From positions 1-60,886 of the forward strand of contig DATBIK010000026.1 in the NCBI GenBank assembly GCA_036556985.1: a stretch of DNA of 60,886 bases, written 5' to 3'. Made by a program: the position numbers and the translations under genes. Of the stretch, positions 60,566-60,886 are shown piece after piece. The notes under the pieces are model-generated. The model was not told the origin of the DNA. It worked only from the letters and a program-made list of their open reading frames with translations, and searched no databases. Position 1 is the first letter of the stretch. Every line of letters begins with the position of its first letter. The DNA comes from Candidatus Limnocylindria bacterium (GTDB lineage Bacteria; Chloroflexota; Limnocylindria; QHBO01).

Positions 60566-60886
60566 GTGAGCCGCGGGGCCGCCGGCGCCGCGCTCGTCCT
60601 CAACGGCGGCGGGATCGTCCTGGTCCTGGCCGGAGCGGCGGGCGTGGTCGCCGGCCTCGCGTTCGCGGAGCGAATCCACGCCATGCTGCCGGCGGAGATC
60701 ACCTCGGACGCGGCGGCCATTGGCGGCGCGGCGATGGCCCTCGGCGGCGCACTGCTGCTCGGCGGCCTCGTCCATCTCGGCGTGGCGTCGGCGGTCCGGC
60801 GTGGTCGCTGGCTCGTCGCCGGCGTGCTCCTCTGCGCGGTCATGGCGACGCTGGCCGTGGGCTGGGCGATCACCGCGCTGGTGAGC
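60566..60886 (+). CDS. Membrane protein (5' part, runs off the window)
   Basis: Frame is open from GTG 60566 to the window end: VSRGAAGAALVLNGGGIVLVLAGAAGVVAGLAF...VLLCAVMATLAVGWAITALVS. It resembles the preceding gene in composition. Confidence 0.3.
   Translation, partial: MSRGAAGAALVLNGGGIVLVLAGAAGVVAGLAFAERIHAMLPAEITSDAAAIGGAAMALGGALLLGGLVHLGVASAVRRGRWLVAGVLLCAVMATLAVGWAITALVS

Overview
High-GC (~70-75% by hand counts) bacterial chromosomal segment. The lineage cannot be fixed from sequence alone; gene content looks Actinobacteria- or Chloroflexi-like. About 60 genes are supported, most on the minus strand. All product names come from motifs recognised by eye in the supplied ORF translations; no database search was run. 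Main blocks, in order: (1) a minus-strand operon of membrane HD-GYP, a DUF5317-MFS fusion, two tiny membrane proteins and a sigma-54 enhancer-binding response regulator; (2) a lower-GC (~58-62%) island holding one 1142-aa STAND NTPase-TPR protein with a C-terminal SARP module, plus two micro-ORFs; (3) a BcsA-like GT2-PilZ synthase; (4) folK, glpX, purH and surE; (5) a 7-kb heat-shock operon hsp20-hspR-lon-cbpA/dnaJ-clpB with a HAIR-like operator; (6) a MoxR-DUF58-DUF4129 set, two trkA genes and a usp; (7) rsmG with a DnaA-box cluster, then hpt; (8) a liv-type ABC operon with two binding proteins; (9) a GNAT, a NYN-domain protein with a repeat tail, ytxH, holB, acyP, a lipid kinase and dgt; (10) small stress genes, an EamA transporter, phnCDEE and tRNA-Arg(CCG); (11) a cyclophilin, a DUF885 protein and a hydrolase. 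The signal I rate highest is five intergenic matches to the sigma-54 -24/-12 promoter consensus. Each sits 43-65 nt upstream of a small stress-type gene: a YtxH-like protein, a 53-aa hydrophilic protein, an SRPBCC plus acidic-protein pair, and two paralogous 23-24-aa hydrophobic peptides missing from the ORF track. Three of the leaders share conserved blocks, and a sigma-54 activator is encoded in the same window. Other unexplained structure includes a dispersed 116-bp-periodic REP-like hairpin family at three loci plus one variant array, a triple TCACCA-N5-TGGTGA operator array, an SD-containing 15-bp tandem repeat abutting the surE start, a recurrent GACCGATG start-codon context, near-leaderless TATACT promoters and a candidate about 150-nt sRNA. 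No CRISPR array, rRNA, transposase or integrase was seen.
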